NCBI GenBank assembly: GCA_040954595.2
Contig: CM082595.2
Coordinates: forward strand, 8,848,317 to 8,912,316
Direction: 5' to 3'
DNA length: 64,000 bases
Origin: Balanoglossus misakiensis
Taxonomy: Eukaryota; Animalia; Hemichordata
The notes below the pieces were generated by a model. That model was not told the origin of the DNA. It saw nothing but the letters and a program-made list of their open reading frames with translations, and did no database searches. Within the stretch, counting starts at the first letter, position 1, and every line of letters starts with the position of its first letter. Shown piece after piece: positions 12,281 to 23,183 of this stretch. Made by a program: the position numbers and the translations under genes.

Positions 12281-12878
12281 CAGAAGGGCAAATACAGACA
12301 AAACTTTCAAATTTTGGGTTAGATTTATAGAGGAAGATTTGTTTGCATACATGTCTTTGTACATTGCAATAAGGTCAGGAAATTGGAACCTTCGAATATT
12401 GGCTTTGAAATAAATGAACCCACTGTTCCATGCATATGACCGATCCCTGTACTTGAGGTTAATTCCCAGACATCTTGCTGACCTTCTGAAGATGCCAAAC
12501 TCTCTGTTGTTACATTTCAAAGCAGGTGGTTTTGTTTGAAATTTGTCAGGCTCAACGTGGGTTAATGGAGCACTAGATGAAGCCCATGAAATGTGCATCA
12601 ATAAAGATGTTAAAGCTGCACTGCATACTTCTACAGGTGGGTTAATGGAGAGAATAGCAATTTATTTACCCTATAGAGCTATGGCTGCCAAGAATCTAAA
12701 AGATCAGTTATTTCCTTTCCAAAATGAAACCCATAATTCAGTTAGCGTACATAAAATACATGAGTCAAACTGCAGGTTGTATATCAATTGTCTTGAAGGT
12801 GCTGATGTATTTTCACCACTTAATACCGCCAGGGAGCTAACTAATATATTTTCAGATGACGCAGCAACAAATAGCGTC

Positions 12879-13167
12879 AAGGACACTGTGGTCCTATTTG
12901 AGGATTATGCAGAAACAGTGACACACCAGAATAAAAATAACAGGTGACATTGCAAGCAGATATGATCTAAGATATAGAAATATGGAATGTAAAAAAATTA
13001 ACAAGGAACATGCCCAATAAACTGTCATGTGTCATGACAACTTTTTGATGCGGATGGACATACAGACATACATCCATACATCCATCCATACATCCATACA
13101 TACATACAGACGCAACTGATCCCAAAAGGTCCCATGGTACATACCAATGGGACCTAATAAAATCACC
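12879..13167 (-). mobile_element. Insertion containing the 5' end of a HINE/DINE-like element
   Basis: Hairpin AGGTCCCATGG..CCAATGGGACCT and (CATA/CATC)n microsatellite, similar to 25520-25640. Removing ~289 bp rejoins ...ATNSV-QKDLLSIRTIG in frame. Boundaries approximate. Confidence 0.6.
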
Positions 13168-13949
13168 CAAAAAGATTTGTTGTCAATCAGAACAATTGGG
13201 CAACAAGATTTACAGGCATACATTAATGTTAGAATTCTCCATCGGCCAAGCACTGACACACCTGTAAGAAAAAGAAGGCTGAAAACATTTGCCAACAAAA
13301 TAGTGAAAAAAGTAAAATCCAAGAAAGGTGACAAAGACCATTGAACTATTACTGCCTGTTTAAAACTACAAATTGCACACTCAAAAAAATCAGGAGAACC
13401 AGTGAAGACATTAGATCAGTTTATTGTATTCCCAAGAGCCATATGCATGACTGATGGGTTACCCTACAAGGGATCAAAAAGTAATGTCACAGTTTCTTAA
13501 TGTCACAAGTTTTTTAAGGCTCGGTATGACAAACTGGTTCAAGAATTTTTACCATTTGGTTGGCGCGCAGAATTTATGATATTAGACGGTATGTTGGGCA
13601 ATATGCCGATTTTTTTGTCAGATGTTGGCTTATTCCCCGCTCCACTCAATTCTGTTTCGAAGTTCATCTTTTATTTGATGACCCGCATAGACTCGGTACA
13701 AGTCCTAAAGATATTCATCGTGCCAGGTAGGACAACAAAAATGAAGAGTTGATTGAAATAGATGATATTCATGACTCAACCCCTCTACCACGAGAATGGC
13801 GAAAATTCATCAATTGTAGGCCAAACTAGAGAAAACTAGTGAACTTCTTGTCAGCCACATCTTTAAAAATAATTGTACCGGCTCTGCAAGGTGATCATGT
13901 CCTCATTACAGCAGGTGGCTTTGATGGGGAAAATAGGGACAAGAGTCTT

Positions 13950-14690
13950 TTCGTCGGTAGTTATGGAATTGTGTCTGAGTGGGAAGCCAAAAGTTGTCAT
14001 GAAGAAGCTGACAGTAGATGCATCCTTCATGCAGTTCAGTCCTCTTACAAGAAAGGTGTTATTTACTCCCCTGATATTGATACTTATCATGTTCTCCTCC
14101 CAGTACTATGTCAACATGTTCAAAAGGAGATATTTGTACAACTTGATAATGATTTATCAAATCTCACTTATTTAGACATGAATCAATTCAAATCAGATTT
14201 AAATTTAGACCCTGATTTGCAACATATTCCTCTCCAATATTTAGGCAAAATATTTCAAACACTGTTCATATGCACAGGTTGTGACTATGTGTCATACTTT
14301 GCAGGCATCGGAAAGATATCTTTCTACAAGACATTCTTTTCAATACTCTGAATTTGTAACTAGTGGCACCCTTATACCTGGAACACTGATAGACACAACA
14401 GTAGACAGTGTAGGGAATGGAATTTTCGCTTTCATACGTTTAATAGGTAGTGTTTATGTTAAGAAACATTTCCAAGCATTTGATGCATCTCATCCTTTTG
14501 AACTTTATCGACAAGTAGCCAGTGTCACTAACAGTCTTAAAGATAACCACATCAAATGGCTTACATATATACGAGAAACAATTTGGCCACGTATCCAGTA
14601 TGAGGAAGAATGTATCCCTTCCTTTGAAGCCCTACAACTGCACTGGAAAAGATCATGCTGGGTCTCTGTTATGGTCCCAGGTCGATCAGT
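13950..14690 (+). other. XPG/FEN1-like (PIN) nuclease domain remnant of the Academ protein
   Basis: HEEADSRCILHA, SPDIDTYHVLL and H3TH-like TGCDYVSYFAGIGK motifs; frameshift near 14335. Confidence 0.8.
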
Positions 14691-14810
14691 GCCATGTTAC
14701 GTTTCCCTTATTCAATAATTATGGATACAGACTAAGCAACAGCGAACTTGATATTATTTGGGACAGTGATGCCAATTTAGAAAAAGTGAAAAATAATTTG
14801 GAGTTGCTAA

Positions 14811-14920
14811 CAAAAGGGTGTGGCTGCAAAAATATGCCAACTTGTAATAGCAGATGTTGTAAATGTTATAAGACCCATAATGGTTGTGGCCCTGCGCGTC
14901 AATGCAATGACTTCAGTAAT
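14811..14920 (+). other. Cys-rich (CXC/tesmin-like) zinc-finger remnant
   Basis: KGCGCKNMPTCNSRCCKCYKTHNGCGPARQCNDFSN; two expected Cys appear substituted. Confidence 0.7.
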
Positions 14921-15389
14921 CCACATAATGGGAACCCTGGATTCTGTACCACATCGAAAAAGTATGGGGTATGCCCAAAATATACAGATAAGTCACCACT
15001 ATTAGAATCACCATCACCAATCACTGATACTGAACATCATAATATGGAAAATAGCATTGATGCAATTTTACAGGAGGAGTCACATGAATTTGACATTTTA
15101 AGAGAAGAAGAGCGAAATATTTACGAGACTGATTCTGACTTTGACGAACTGACTGATGAATATAACTGGACGGAAGAAAAACAAACTGATAATTCAAAGA
15201 ATGGTGATTGTGATTCCAATGATGGTGACTGTGATGACATTTAATGAATCATCAAAGAAATTGATTTGGTCTCTTGGGGGTTACAGCCCTATTGTGGTTT
15301 CAGTCATACCTTTCCAATCGCACCCAGTGTGTATGTGTTAATTTCAGACATGGTTACTATAACCGTGTTCCAAATAATCACCATTTTAT

Positions 15390-16125
15390 CCGCTTGACAC
15401 TGGGGTAACACAGGGATCAGTTCTTTGTCCTATACTTTTTAATATGTACACTTCTCCATTAGGTGAATTAGTTTCTAGTCATGGATGCCTGTATATAGCT
15501 TTTATGCAGATGGCTCTTCATTGTCTTTTACCAAGAAGAATGCTCCCAGAATGCTTTCAAATCTTGAACGTTGTATTTCTGATGTCGCTACTGGATGTCT
15601 GAAAATGTCTTGTGTTTAAATAACGATAAGACTGAATCTGTTATTTTTTCTGCTACTTCGGGTAATGTATCTGCCAGAGGGATTACAGAAATTCATGCGA
15701 TGCTCTGAAACCAGTTCGTTGTCTGACAATGATTGCACAGATCTGCCATTCAGTCGCTTTTCATTTGCAGCATATTGCACTTGTCTGTAAATATTTATCT
15801 CAAGGCGCCACAGAGCAATAAAGGTCCTTCTTTTGTTGCATTTCGAATAGATTCGTGTAATTCACTTTTGTTTGGGCTCCCTAAGTACTAGATCAGCCGT
15901 ATTCAAGTTCAAAATATTGCTGCTAGTTCCAAAATCACTGTTTACATCAATGCAATTTCAGTTCCATTGGTTACCTGTGTCTGATCGTATTGTTTTCAAT
16001 ATTTTATTTCTTATTTTTGAATTCATTCATAGACTTGGACCATCATATCTGTCTGATATGATCAAATTATATGTTCCAAATCGAAACTTGAAGTCAGCTG
16101 ATCAGCTCAAACTCTGTCCTGTTCA
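15390..16125 (+). mobile_element. Old L2/CR1-group LINE fragment
   Basis: GVTQGSVLCPILFNMYTSPLG, FYADG, WMSENVLCLNNDKTE and HWLPVSDRIVF..GPSYL..YVPNRNLKS; heavily frameshifted and deleted. Confidence 0.8.
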
Positions 16126-16946
16126 GCCCAATGCAATGATGACAACAACAATTGCTTGCCTTCAGACACAAATATTTATTGCATATATCATCAGCGAATA
16201 AAGGGAAATGGTTTTGAAGTTACAGTTGGCATTTTGCATTTTCGAAATGTCTACTTATATTCCAGGCCACGATACGGAGAAAAAAAATAAAAATACACCA
16301 GCTGAGCTCCTCACACGTACATAGTCATGTATGGTAAACCTGGCATTCTGTCCATATGGGACCTACATTTGTAGGCGATTGATCGATGTTGTGTCGAAAT
16401 CAGGCCAGTAATTAAGTTAAAACTTGGTTAATACGTTACCTTAGGGTGTTATACATTATCTAGTAACTGTTTTACTTAAGAATTGCCTTTCAAAAGCTGT
16501 TTACCCACGGTAAACGTATCGTTTCACGATCAACGCAACACTTCTGTATTTACAAGTCTAACATGGAGCCGGAGAGGTCAACGTATACTTCCGGGTCATA
16601 TCGTCGAACGACATTGATTATTTTTAAGCGGACTGTTACACAATCATTTCGAATTAATTTCTTTTCACGGATGTTCGGACCGATATTAGACCTCTCTGTC
16701 AGGAAAGTTTGGTTAACTTCCGAGGTCGTTTTCAATGATTTTTGAAACGTTTGTGGACGTCTCTTTAGGGGTCACCAACATACCACCGAAAACACGTTAA
16801 AAACTTCTACTACTATTAAGGACAGATTTTCATAAAATTTACGTCTGCAGTGAAAAATGGGAATCACTTTCGTAATTTATCCAGCTAACATGGTTTTTTA
16901 TTGCACAACAGAGTTGCAGACCAGGATTTAAGTTGCACAGAAATCA

Positions 16947-16973
16947 ACATACATGTGTTGGTGAGTATCTACA
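16947..16973 (-). repeat. Right terminal inverted repeat
   Basis: ACATACATGTGTTGGTGAGTATCTACA. Confidence 0.8.
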
Positions 16974-17104
16974 ATTTGGAGAGAAAGTAAGATGTATGGG
17001 TTTGTACAATGTAAGTGTCTTATACATGTATATTTGACACTGAAATCATATATTGTACAATCAGTCATTGGTAAATGTCTGCTATTCATGACACAAATAA
17101 AAAA

Positions 17105-17290
17105 ACAGTCAAACCTGTGTGAGTGGCCACCTATATTAGGCAGCCACCTCTATATAGTGGCCACTTTATTCTAGTCCCTATGCAATTTACATCTACATTA
17201 ATTGACTTTTCTACAAGGTATAATTTCTACAAGGTATAATGGCCACCTATCTATAAAGGCCAGTTTAGAAAAGTCCCTTCACTAGCCAAA
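17105..17290. mobile_element. Tc1/mariner MITE fragment
   Basis: CAGTCAAACCTGTG start with repeated GGCCACCT motifs; right end not recognised. Confidence 0.5.
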
Positions 17291-17728
17291 ATAGACACTT
17301 GTGTTGATTTCTGTATGTTTTACGTGTAACACAATCAGGACATTTTCCAAAATAAAGTGTCATCTCAATGCAGACAATGTGAAAAAGGCGGTCAGTAGAG
17401 TACTGCTCGAGCTCATCTAGTTTGTTGTATACATGATACATGTACAAGTTGTGTGTAAAACTGACCTTACAATAAAATGTGGCTGTCCAAGTACATAAGT
17501 TTCAACTATAGTGTTGATACAAAAGACAATCAAGTTTTTACTTTGTGACCAACTTGCCTCATGTTCGTGTCGTGGAAGGGTAACATGACTGCATAGCAAT
17601 GTTTTATTAAAATTTTGTACATAGAGAAATGGACTACTGGGAACTATGTAAATGATGCCCTGAGCCTAAAAATTCTGACTGTCTGCAATTATAGTTTTAG
17701 CATTTTTGTTCAATTGCACTTTCAAGTA

Positions 17729-17898
17729 CAGTCAAACCCGTCTAACACCAAAGGGACTGAAGAAATTGTTCAGATTGCAGGTGTCCAATTTAAAGAGGTT
17801 CTTTCAACATGTGGTTCTATGTCAAAAGGTTTGAACAATGTCTTTGAAATAGACATGTTTCCAGATTAGACAGGGTTCGGTTGAGACAGGTTTTACTG
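17729..17898. mobile_element. Intact Tc1/mariner-type MITE (170 bp)
   Basis: TA|CAGTCAAACCCGTCT ... AGACAGGTTTTACTG|TA. Confidence 0.85.
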
Positions 17899-19000
17899 TA
17901 TTTTGATACATGCTCTGGCTTAACCCTTTCACCACCATGGTTCAGTCTAAACCCTTTATTTTCTATGGTAAGGCTGGATCTTTAAAGAGGAAACTGTTTT
18001 TTTTCTGGGAATCTCTTTATTTCTTCTGTCACAAAAATTGCATGGGAGTTCTAATTCTAAAAGGAAAACTGATTTCATAAAAGATCTCAAAGTCAAGTTT
18101 TGGATGTGGCTCCATTTCAAGTATTGTAGGTGACTAGTTTTCCGGAGTTCAAGTCTTTATACTTGCAGTAGAGTTGGTCACATGTACTTGGGTAATCTGA
18201 GTGTGGTCAGAAATTGAACTTACACACATTGAGTTGAGTTAAGAATATGTCTGGTGTATTACTGTAATATGACTAGATACAGCAAATGCATTAACTATAA
18301 GCGTATGTTAAAATACACAGTTTCCATGGACAAATCTGAGTGATGAAATTAAATACACATGTTCATTAAATCCCACCATGATAGAGCGCAACAACTGTTC
18401 AGAATGTCCATTTTGAAGTCCTACATCTATGATGTCATGCCTAGCTGTCAATGTTAACTGATGTGTACTTGTACTACTAGTAAATGGAAGTACTTTAAAG
18501 TAAAGCTCAGATGCAAGGTTTTGTAAAATAAATATAATATTAAAACGTTGCCATCATTTTAGCCATTTTGAACAGCGGTCCAATTGACTAATGTGATCAC
18601 TCTGTATGCGGCATATGGCATATTAAGCATTTAGTATTTTTCAATCAGAAGCCGTTAATCCTGTGATTAATTCTGCTTCTTGCAGCATTGATTTTAAATC
18701 ACCACACATGAATAATTTTGTCCAAAGGACTGCGGTGCCCAAGTGTTTATGATAAGATAAACAAACGGTGAAATTCACTGAAGAAGTGAGCGAGCACTTG
18801 CCCATTCATTGTTCAATGAAAGGTGACCACCAAAACAAAAGTATTGAGAAAATAACCCGAAGTTGGAGTTACTGAGTTTTAAATTGATTTCAAGTGAAAA
18901 GCTTGGATTGGCTGAAGCTCCTGTAGTCAGTTACCTGTAGGTAGATTGACACACATGACAATGTTTGACTGTTTACACTTTTCTTTGTTTGATCTTTCAG

Positions 19001-19244
19001 AGGAATATTCAAGCACTGCAGAAGAATCTAGAGATGGCACAGAAAAAAAGAACTTGAATTGAAACAACAGCAAGATCAACATGCCAGACAAAGTCCACTC
19101 ATAGCACTAAGACAACAACATCAACAACAACAGCAATTACAAAGGTTACAACAACAGAGAGCCCAACAACAACAACAACAAGCAGTGCAAGCACAGCCAT
19201 CCAATATACAATCAACAAATCAACAACTAAGTCACCTCTTACAA
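19001..19244 (+). pseudogene. MED25: MED25-like Q-rich exon with LxxLL motif, +1 frameshift
   Basis: Acceptor GATCTTTCAG and donor GTAAGT. Encodes RNIQALQKNLEMAQKK/ELELKQQQ...NQQLSHLLQ. Length 244 = 243+1, with the extra base in the A8 run at 19043-19049 region. LSHLL matches the MED25 NR box (human LRSLL). Confidence 0.7.
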
Positions 19245-19493
19245 GTAAGTTGTCATAATAATGTGTACAGTGAATATTTTGAAAACCAAGACTGGTACCA
19301 GTGGCACTTCTGGGAATTGTTATGTGGGGAAAAATAAAATCAGTTTTCTCAAAAAGGAGCTTTCTTGATGGTACAAATAACATTGGTCTGTGCCATTCCC
19401 AAAATTATTTTAATGTATTGAAGACCTGAAAGTCACACAGAATAAATTCAATGCACTATTTGCCCAACATGACAACTTTTCCCCACACAGATT

Positions 19494-19548
19494 TAGACGT
19501 GGTGGGTATGGCCGATTTGCCTCAAATCGGCCATACACACCACATCTA
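19494..19548. repeat. 55-bp near-perfect hairpin
   Basis: 26-bp arms (24/26 match) around a CCT loop. Confidence 0.85.
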
Positions 19549-19552
19549 TTAA

Positions 19553-21050
19553 CACTTTCACTGCGTAGTTAATATATGCTAATGTATTCCTGTGCGTAGT
19601 TTCCTATGGTAAATTTAACTAATAAACAATGTTTTACTTTACCCTCTCTATCTCTTGTAATATGAAAGTATATGCAATGATATTTCCAGCAAGTATATTT
19701 TATAAGACAACCAACATAATAAAACTGAAAAATGGTCACATGACCATTAATTGGTCATGTGACACTGGCAGCCATAATGGATTTCTGTCGAAATATGGTA
19801 AAAACAACAGATATTGTAATATAAGTGACTGACATACTGTATTTAATTCATTGTATCACAGCTGACAGACAAACATAGTCAAAAACAACTTCCCCCTGTA
19901 TAAAAGGGAATAACAAGTGACTTTTGAGCAAGAAATTTGATCAAATTTATTAATGGACCATAAAAACAATTATCAAATCATGCCCACCATTTACATGTAT
20001 ACATGTTTAAAATCTGAGAAAGAAATATAGATTATTAGTGAAAAGGTGAATGATTGAACTTGTAAATAAATAATAATAATAAAATAAATTAATTAAGTAA
20101 TTTATTAAATACTCTACGTTTTAATGAATTGCAAGTTGAAGAAATCAAGGTTGGTAAATATGAATATACACACATTTAAAAAAAATTCATTAGCATAGTA
20201 CTGTTTTGGCAATTCATTTCAAATGGATATAATACTCTGACAACATAGACTTCTGGCAAAGTCCCATCAAGATTTGCAAAGAAACCTACGCCTTCATTTA
20301 ATTCAGTGAAGTAGGCATCTAGCGAAATCTTGACCGGAAGGGCAACTCATCAATTGCAGGGTTGTCAAAAAATTGTGCGGTGTACATATCAGTTTGCTCT
20401 GACAATGACATCAACTCAAACACATCACCAGGAAAGAACAGCTGAAAAAAGTCAACCGGTGCAAAGTCATCAGTGTCAACTAATAAACCTTAGCGACGAT
20501 CGTATACAGACAACCAGTCCGGTGTGTAATTGTCATTTACGTCATACAAAACCCACCGCGTTTCACCATCAACGTTACGACGTCCGAGAACATGACAAAA
20601 ACCCTCCCTCTCTCTCTGTCTCTACTCTGTTGTCTCCGTGTCTGGCTTCTATTTCTGGTTCTATGATGTTGTTGTCCGTAATTTGGCTTCCGCTATCGCT
20701 ATGATCGCTGTCACTATCCTGAAAGACTTGTTCAAGAACTTTGTCGGCATCAAACTTTGCCCATGTCGCCATTTTTAAATACCAAGTGAATGAAATAATA
20801 TGATCGGGGCGACCTAAAATCAGCTGTATAAGGAAACCCTTTGATGACAAAATCGACTTGATTGTTTACAATACATATGCGCATGCTCAATTAGGGTTGA
20901 CCCCTGTCCTATATATAGTCATACAAAATGAGTAAATAAGCAACGAACATAAAATAGAACAGACCAAGTAACGGACGCGATCTTGGCGCATTTATGCGCC
21001 TCCCGCATTCTGACTGCCGGCGCAGAAAATGCCCTCCCGCAGCGAAAGTG
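19553..21050 (-). mobile_element. Internally deleted piggyBac element (1498 bp)
   Basis: TTAA at 19549-19552 and 21051-21054; TIRs CACTTTCACTGCG / CGCAGCGAAAGTG (12/13); internal transposase remnant. Confidence 0.88.
20225..20772 (-). pseudogene. piggyBac transposase N-terminal remnant
   Basis: Acidic N-terminus MATWAKFDADKVLEQVFQDSDSD, then PVDFFQLFFP..FELM..EQTDMYTAQ and MKA..LQILMGL, typical of the piggyBac DDE_Tnp_1_7 start; several stops. Confidence 0.75.
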
Positions 21051-22198
21051 TTAATATTCATGAGTTTACTTTTCTTGTTTACGTACACTACTATAACAAT
21101 TGGAAATCTAGAGAATGTCTATTTCATCAAGTTGACAACCCCCACATGTGTAAGTCATGTACATAAACAAAAATAGTCTGGTGTGTGGAGCCTCCTCCCT
21201 TTTTGAAATACTTTTTATGCAATCAGTCCAAACTCATGATCAGTCCAACCTGTTCAGTTTTAGTGTGGGGAAAAGCTGGAATGAAAGCAGACCTAAATTA
21301 CAGACAACGAAATACAACAAATCTTGTCTCATTCTTATTTTCAATTCCTCTAGTTTTTCCATGGTACCAGTGTGGAAGCACTGATGATAAACTGTGGCAG
21401 ACAGTTTTAAATGACGACAATCATCTTACTCTTATGTACATATGCGTTAATTTTGTGTGTACAAAATAACGTCCAATCCAAATATCTGCAAATTTTATGT
21501 GCGTGCATTCATATAGTGGACTGCCTTCGCTTCCTTCTATATTTCTTGCACGCCATATAAGAAGAATTTAGTTTTGACTCTTCTTTTCACTCAATTTGCT
21601 GTCTTTTCCTAATCTATGACACAGACTATGGTTGCCGCCACCTTGTCTGTTGTTAAGACAGCACTTGTGGCATAGATAAAAAAAGTATAACTAGAGTCTC
21701 TGCTTTGGCAAGTGTGCGTTAGACGATCAACACCCTTTAACAAAACTCTGCTTAGAATTCAAATCATATTCTTTTCAAAATGTCAGCATCTGATTACATA
21801 GTGAATTAAAGCTACAAGCAGTGTTCACTAGGCCAAAGCAATTCCCAGGGTTCCTACAGAATGCCAAGGATTATCTGCTGTGGATACCCACAATTTTGTC
21901 AAAAAGTTTTGATCCTAAACTGATCTATGTCCTACAAAATCGAAACTTCTAGATCTATTGGTTAGCCTAGAATTAGGAGTGTACATAATTAATTAGGTCA
22001 ACGGCGGTCCTGAAACTAACCATCAAATTTTAGACACAGCTTAAATCAATTTCCCATTGTACAGTTACTATATGCCGCCCTAAATTTCAGTCTGATTGAC
22101 AAATGTGAAGAAAATTAAAAAGAGATGTCGCCTGATACATTGCCATTTTCTGTGAAGTGACTTTAAAAGAAAACTGTTTTGTTTGTATTCAACTGCAG

Positions 22199-22468
22199 CA
22201 GCAACAACAAGCCAGCAGAACACAAGCAACCATTCCACCACCAAAACAACAAACAGCAGCAACAAAACAAACATGACAACAACAACAACAACAACAGCAG
22301 CAGTTATCACAACAACAACAACAACAGCTGTAACTAGGACAACAGCCAAGGCCGCGACCAAAGGTACCTCAGATGGGCTTGGCACCCAGCTTGCAACAAA
22401 CACAGCAACAATCAAGTAGTACTCTGCTGGCTGATGACAGGAGATTTTTTGATATTCTGAATCAATAA
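22199..22468 (+). pseudogene. MED25: Terminal Q-rich exon of the MED25-like copy with premature stops
   Basis: Acceptor TTCAACTGCAG; CAA/CAG-rich frame with TGA at 22274 and TAA at 22331, ending SSTLLADDRRFFDILNQ* (reminiscent of the acidic/hydrophobic MED25 C-terminus). Confidence 0.6.
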
Positions 22469-23183
22469 ATTTATACAGGAAACTGACTATAATGAACAGG
22501 AGACTGTTCATGCCTTTATTACCATTGTAAATTCTATATACTAAATGAAACACAGATGCCCAAAGAAATGTCCAAAAATTTCACAAGGTATGCGGGAATT
22601 TTCAAATATTCCAGACAGTCGAGTGTTGGGGATTTGGAATATTTATCACTCTCATTTACTGTATACAGACATATCCATTCCAAAGCTATCACCTCCACTC
22701 ATTCTTCAGTGTTCCTTGATTTAAAAAAAAATAATTTCGAAACAGATCAAATAACACGAAATTGTTATTCCAGTGTAGTAACAGAATATACTCGGTCTGT
22801 ACTAATTCTTGCATTAGCTTTACATTGTTTCCATCACAATGCCCTATTTCAATATAACCATATTTGTATGCCGGGCGGATGTAACTAGTTGTCAGTGTCT
22901 ATTGTAATACAAAGTCTGCCATACACAAAGCAACTGTGCATTGTCTTCTGGTGTGAAAAAAAGATACTTAGGATGTATGTAAAATGGGAAATTTTCATGA
23001 GAGATAAATTCGCCCGAATCATGCAAGTGCTAAAAAAACACGAAAACTAAAAAGTCGCGTAAACATGTTTTTCAGAAATAATGATGAATTGAAATTCGAG
23101 AATGCCATAATTAATCGTTGCATAACAGTTGCCACATTTGATATTATGAAAATTTCCCGTTGCGAAAATTTCATGTTTTACAG

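Larger units (their letters stand above)
8432..15244 (+). pseudogene. Degenerate Academ-type transposase (zinc finger - DDE core with OTU insert - XPG/PIN nuclease - Cys-rich domain - acidic tail)
   Basis: Collinear fragments: LTQDSLICLKCY, SIDNID (D 9861), FHGTS, VVGDGKT (D 11116), DWHTLKNYQ, LYIAIRSGNWNLR, PLFHAYDR, LDEAHEMCINKDVK (E 12588), SCHEEADSR, SPDIDTY, TGCDYVSYFAGIGK, PSFEALQLHWKR, GCGCK..C..RCCKC..CGP. Many stops and frameshifts, two insertions. Confidence 0.85.
3321..16973 (+). mobile_element. Large Academ (AcademX-type) DNA transposon, degenerate, with EGF-exon cargo and nested insertions
   Basis: TGTAGATACTCACCAACACATGT (3321-3343) and its exact reverse complement (16951-16973), extendable to 27 bp with one mismatch. 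These enclose transposase, XPG-like and Cys-rich coding remnants. No direct TSD found. Confidence 0.72.
2058..22468 (+). pseudogene. MED25: Decayed intron-containing copy of Mediator subunit 25 (3' half)
   Basis: Four collinear exon remnants: ACID/PTOV exons at 2058-2201 and 2850-2957, Q-rich LxxLL exon at 19001-19244, terminal Q-rich exon at 22199-22468. Lesions: two damaged acceptors, a +1 frameshift and two premature stops. The expected AGCVHFP exon was not found. Confidence 0.8.

Noticed and set aside
10123-13334. Antisense ORFs over the transposase
   Set aside because: Shadows of the plus-strand coding remnant or of the microsatellite insert.
3321-16973. TG...CA ends as an LTR retrotransposon or Ginger element
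   Set aside because: The ends are inverted repeats, not LTRs, and the encoded protein has Academ/XPG motifs rather than a retroviral-type integrase.
22080-22553. Hydrophobic Val-rich (minus) and Thr-rich mucin-like (plus) ORFs
   Set aside because: Alternative frames of the CAA/CAG poly-Gln exon; the same applies to 19099-19383.
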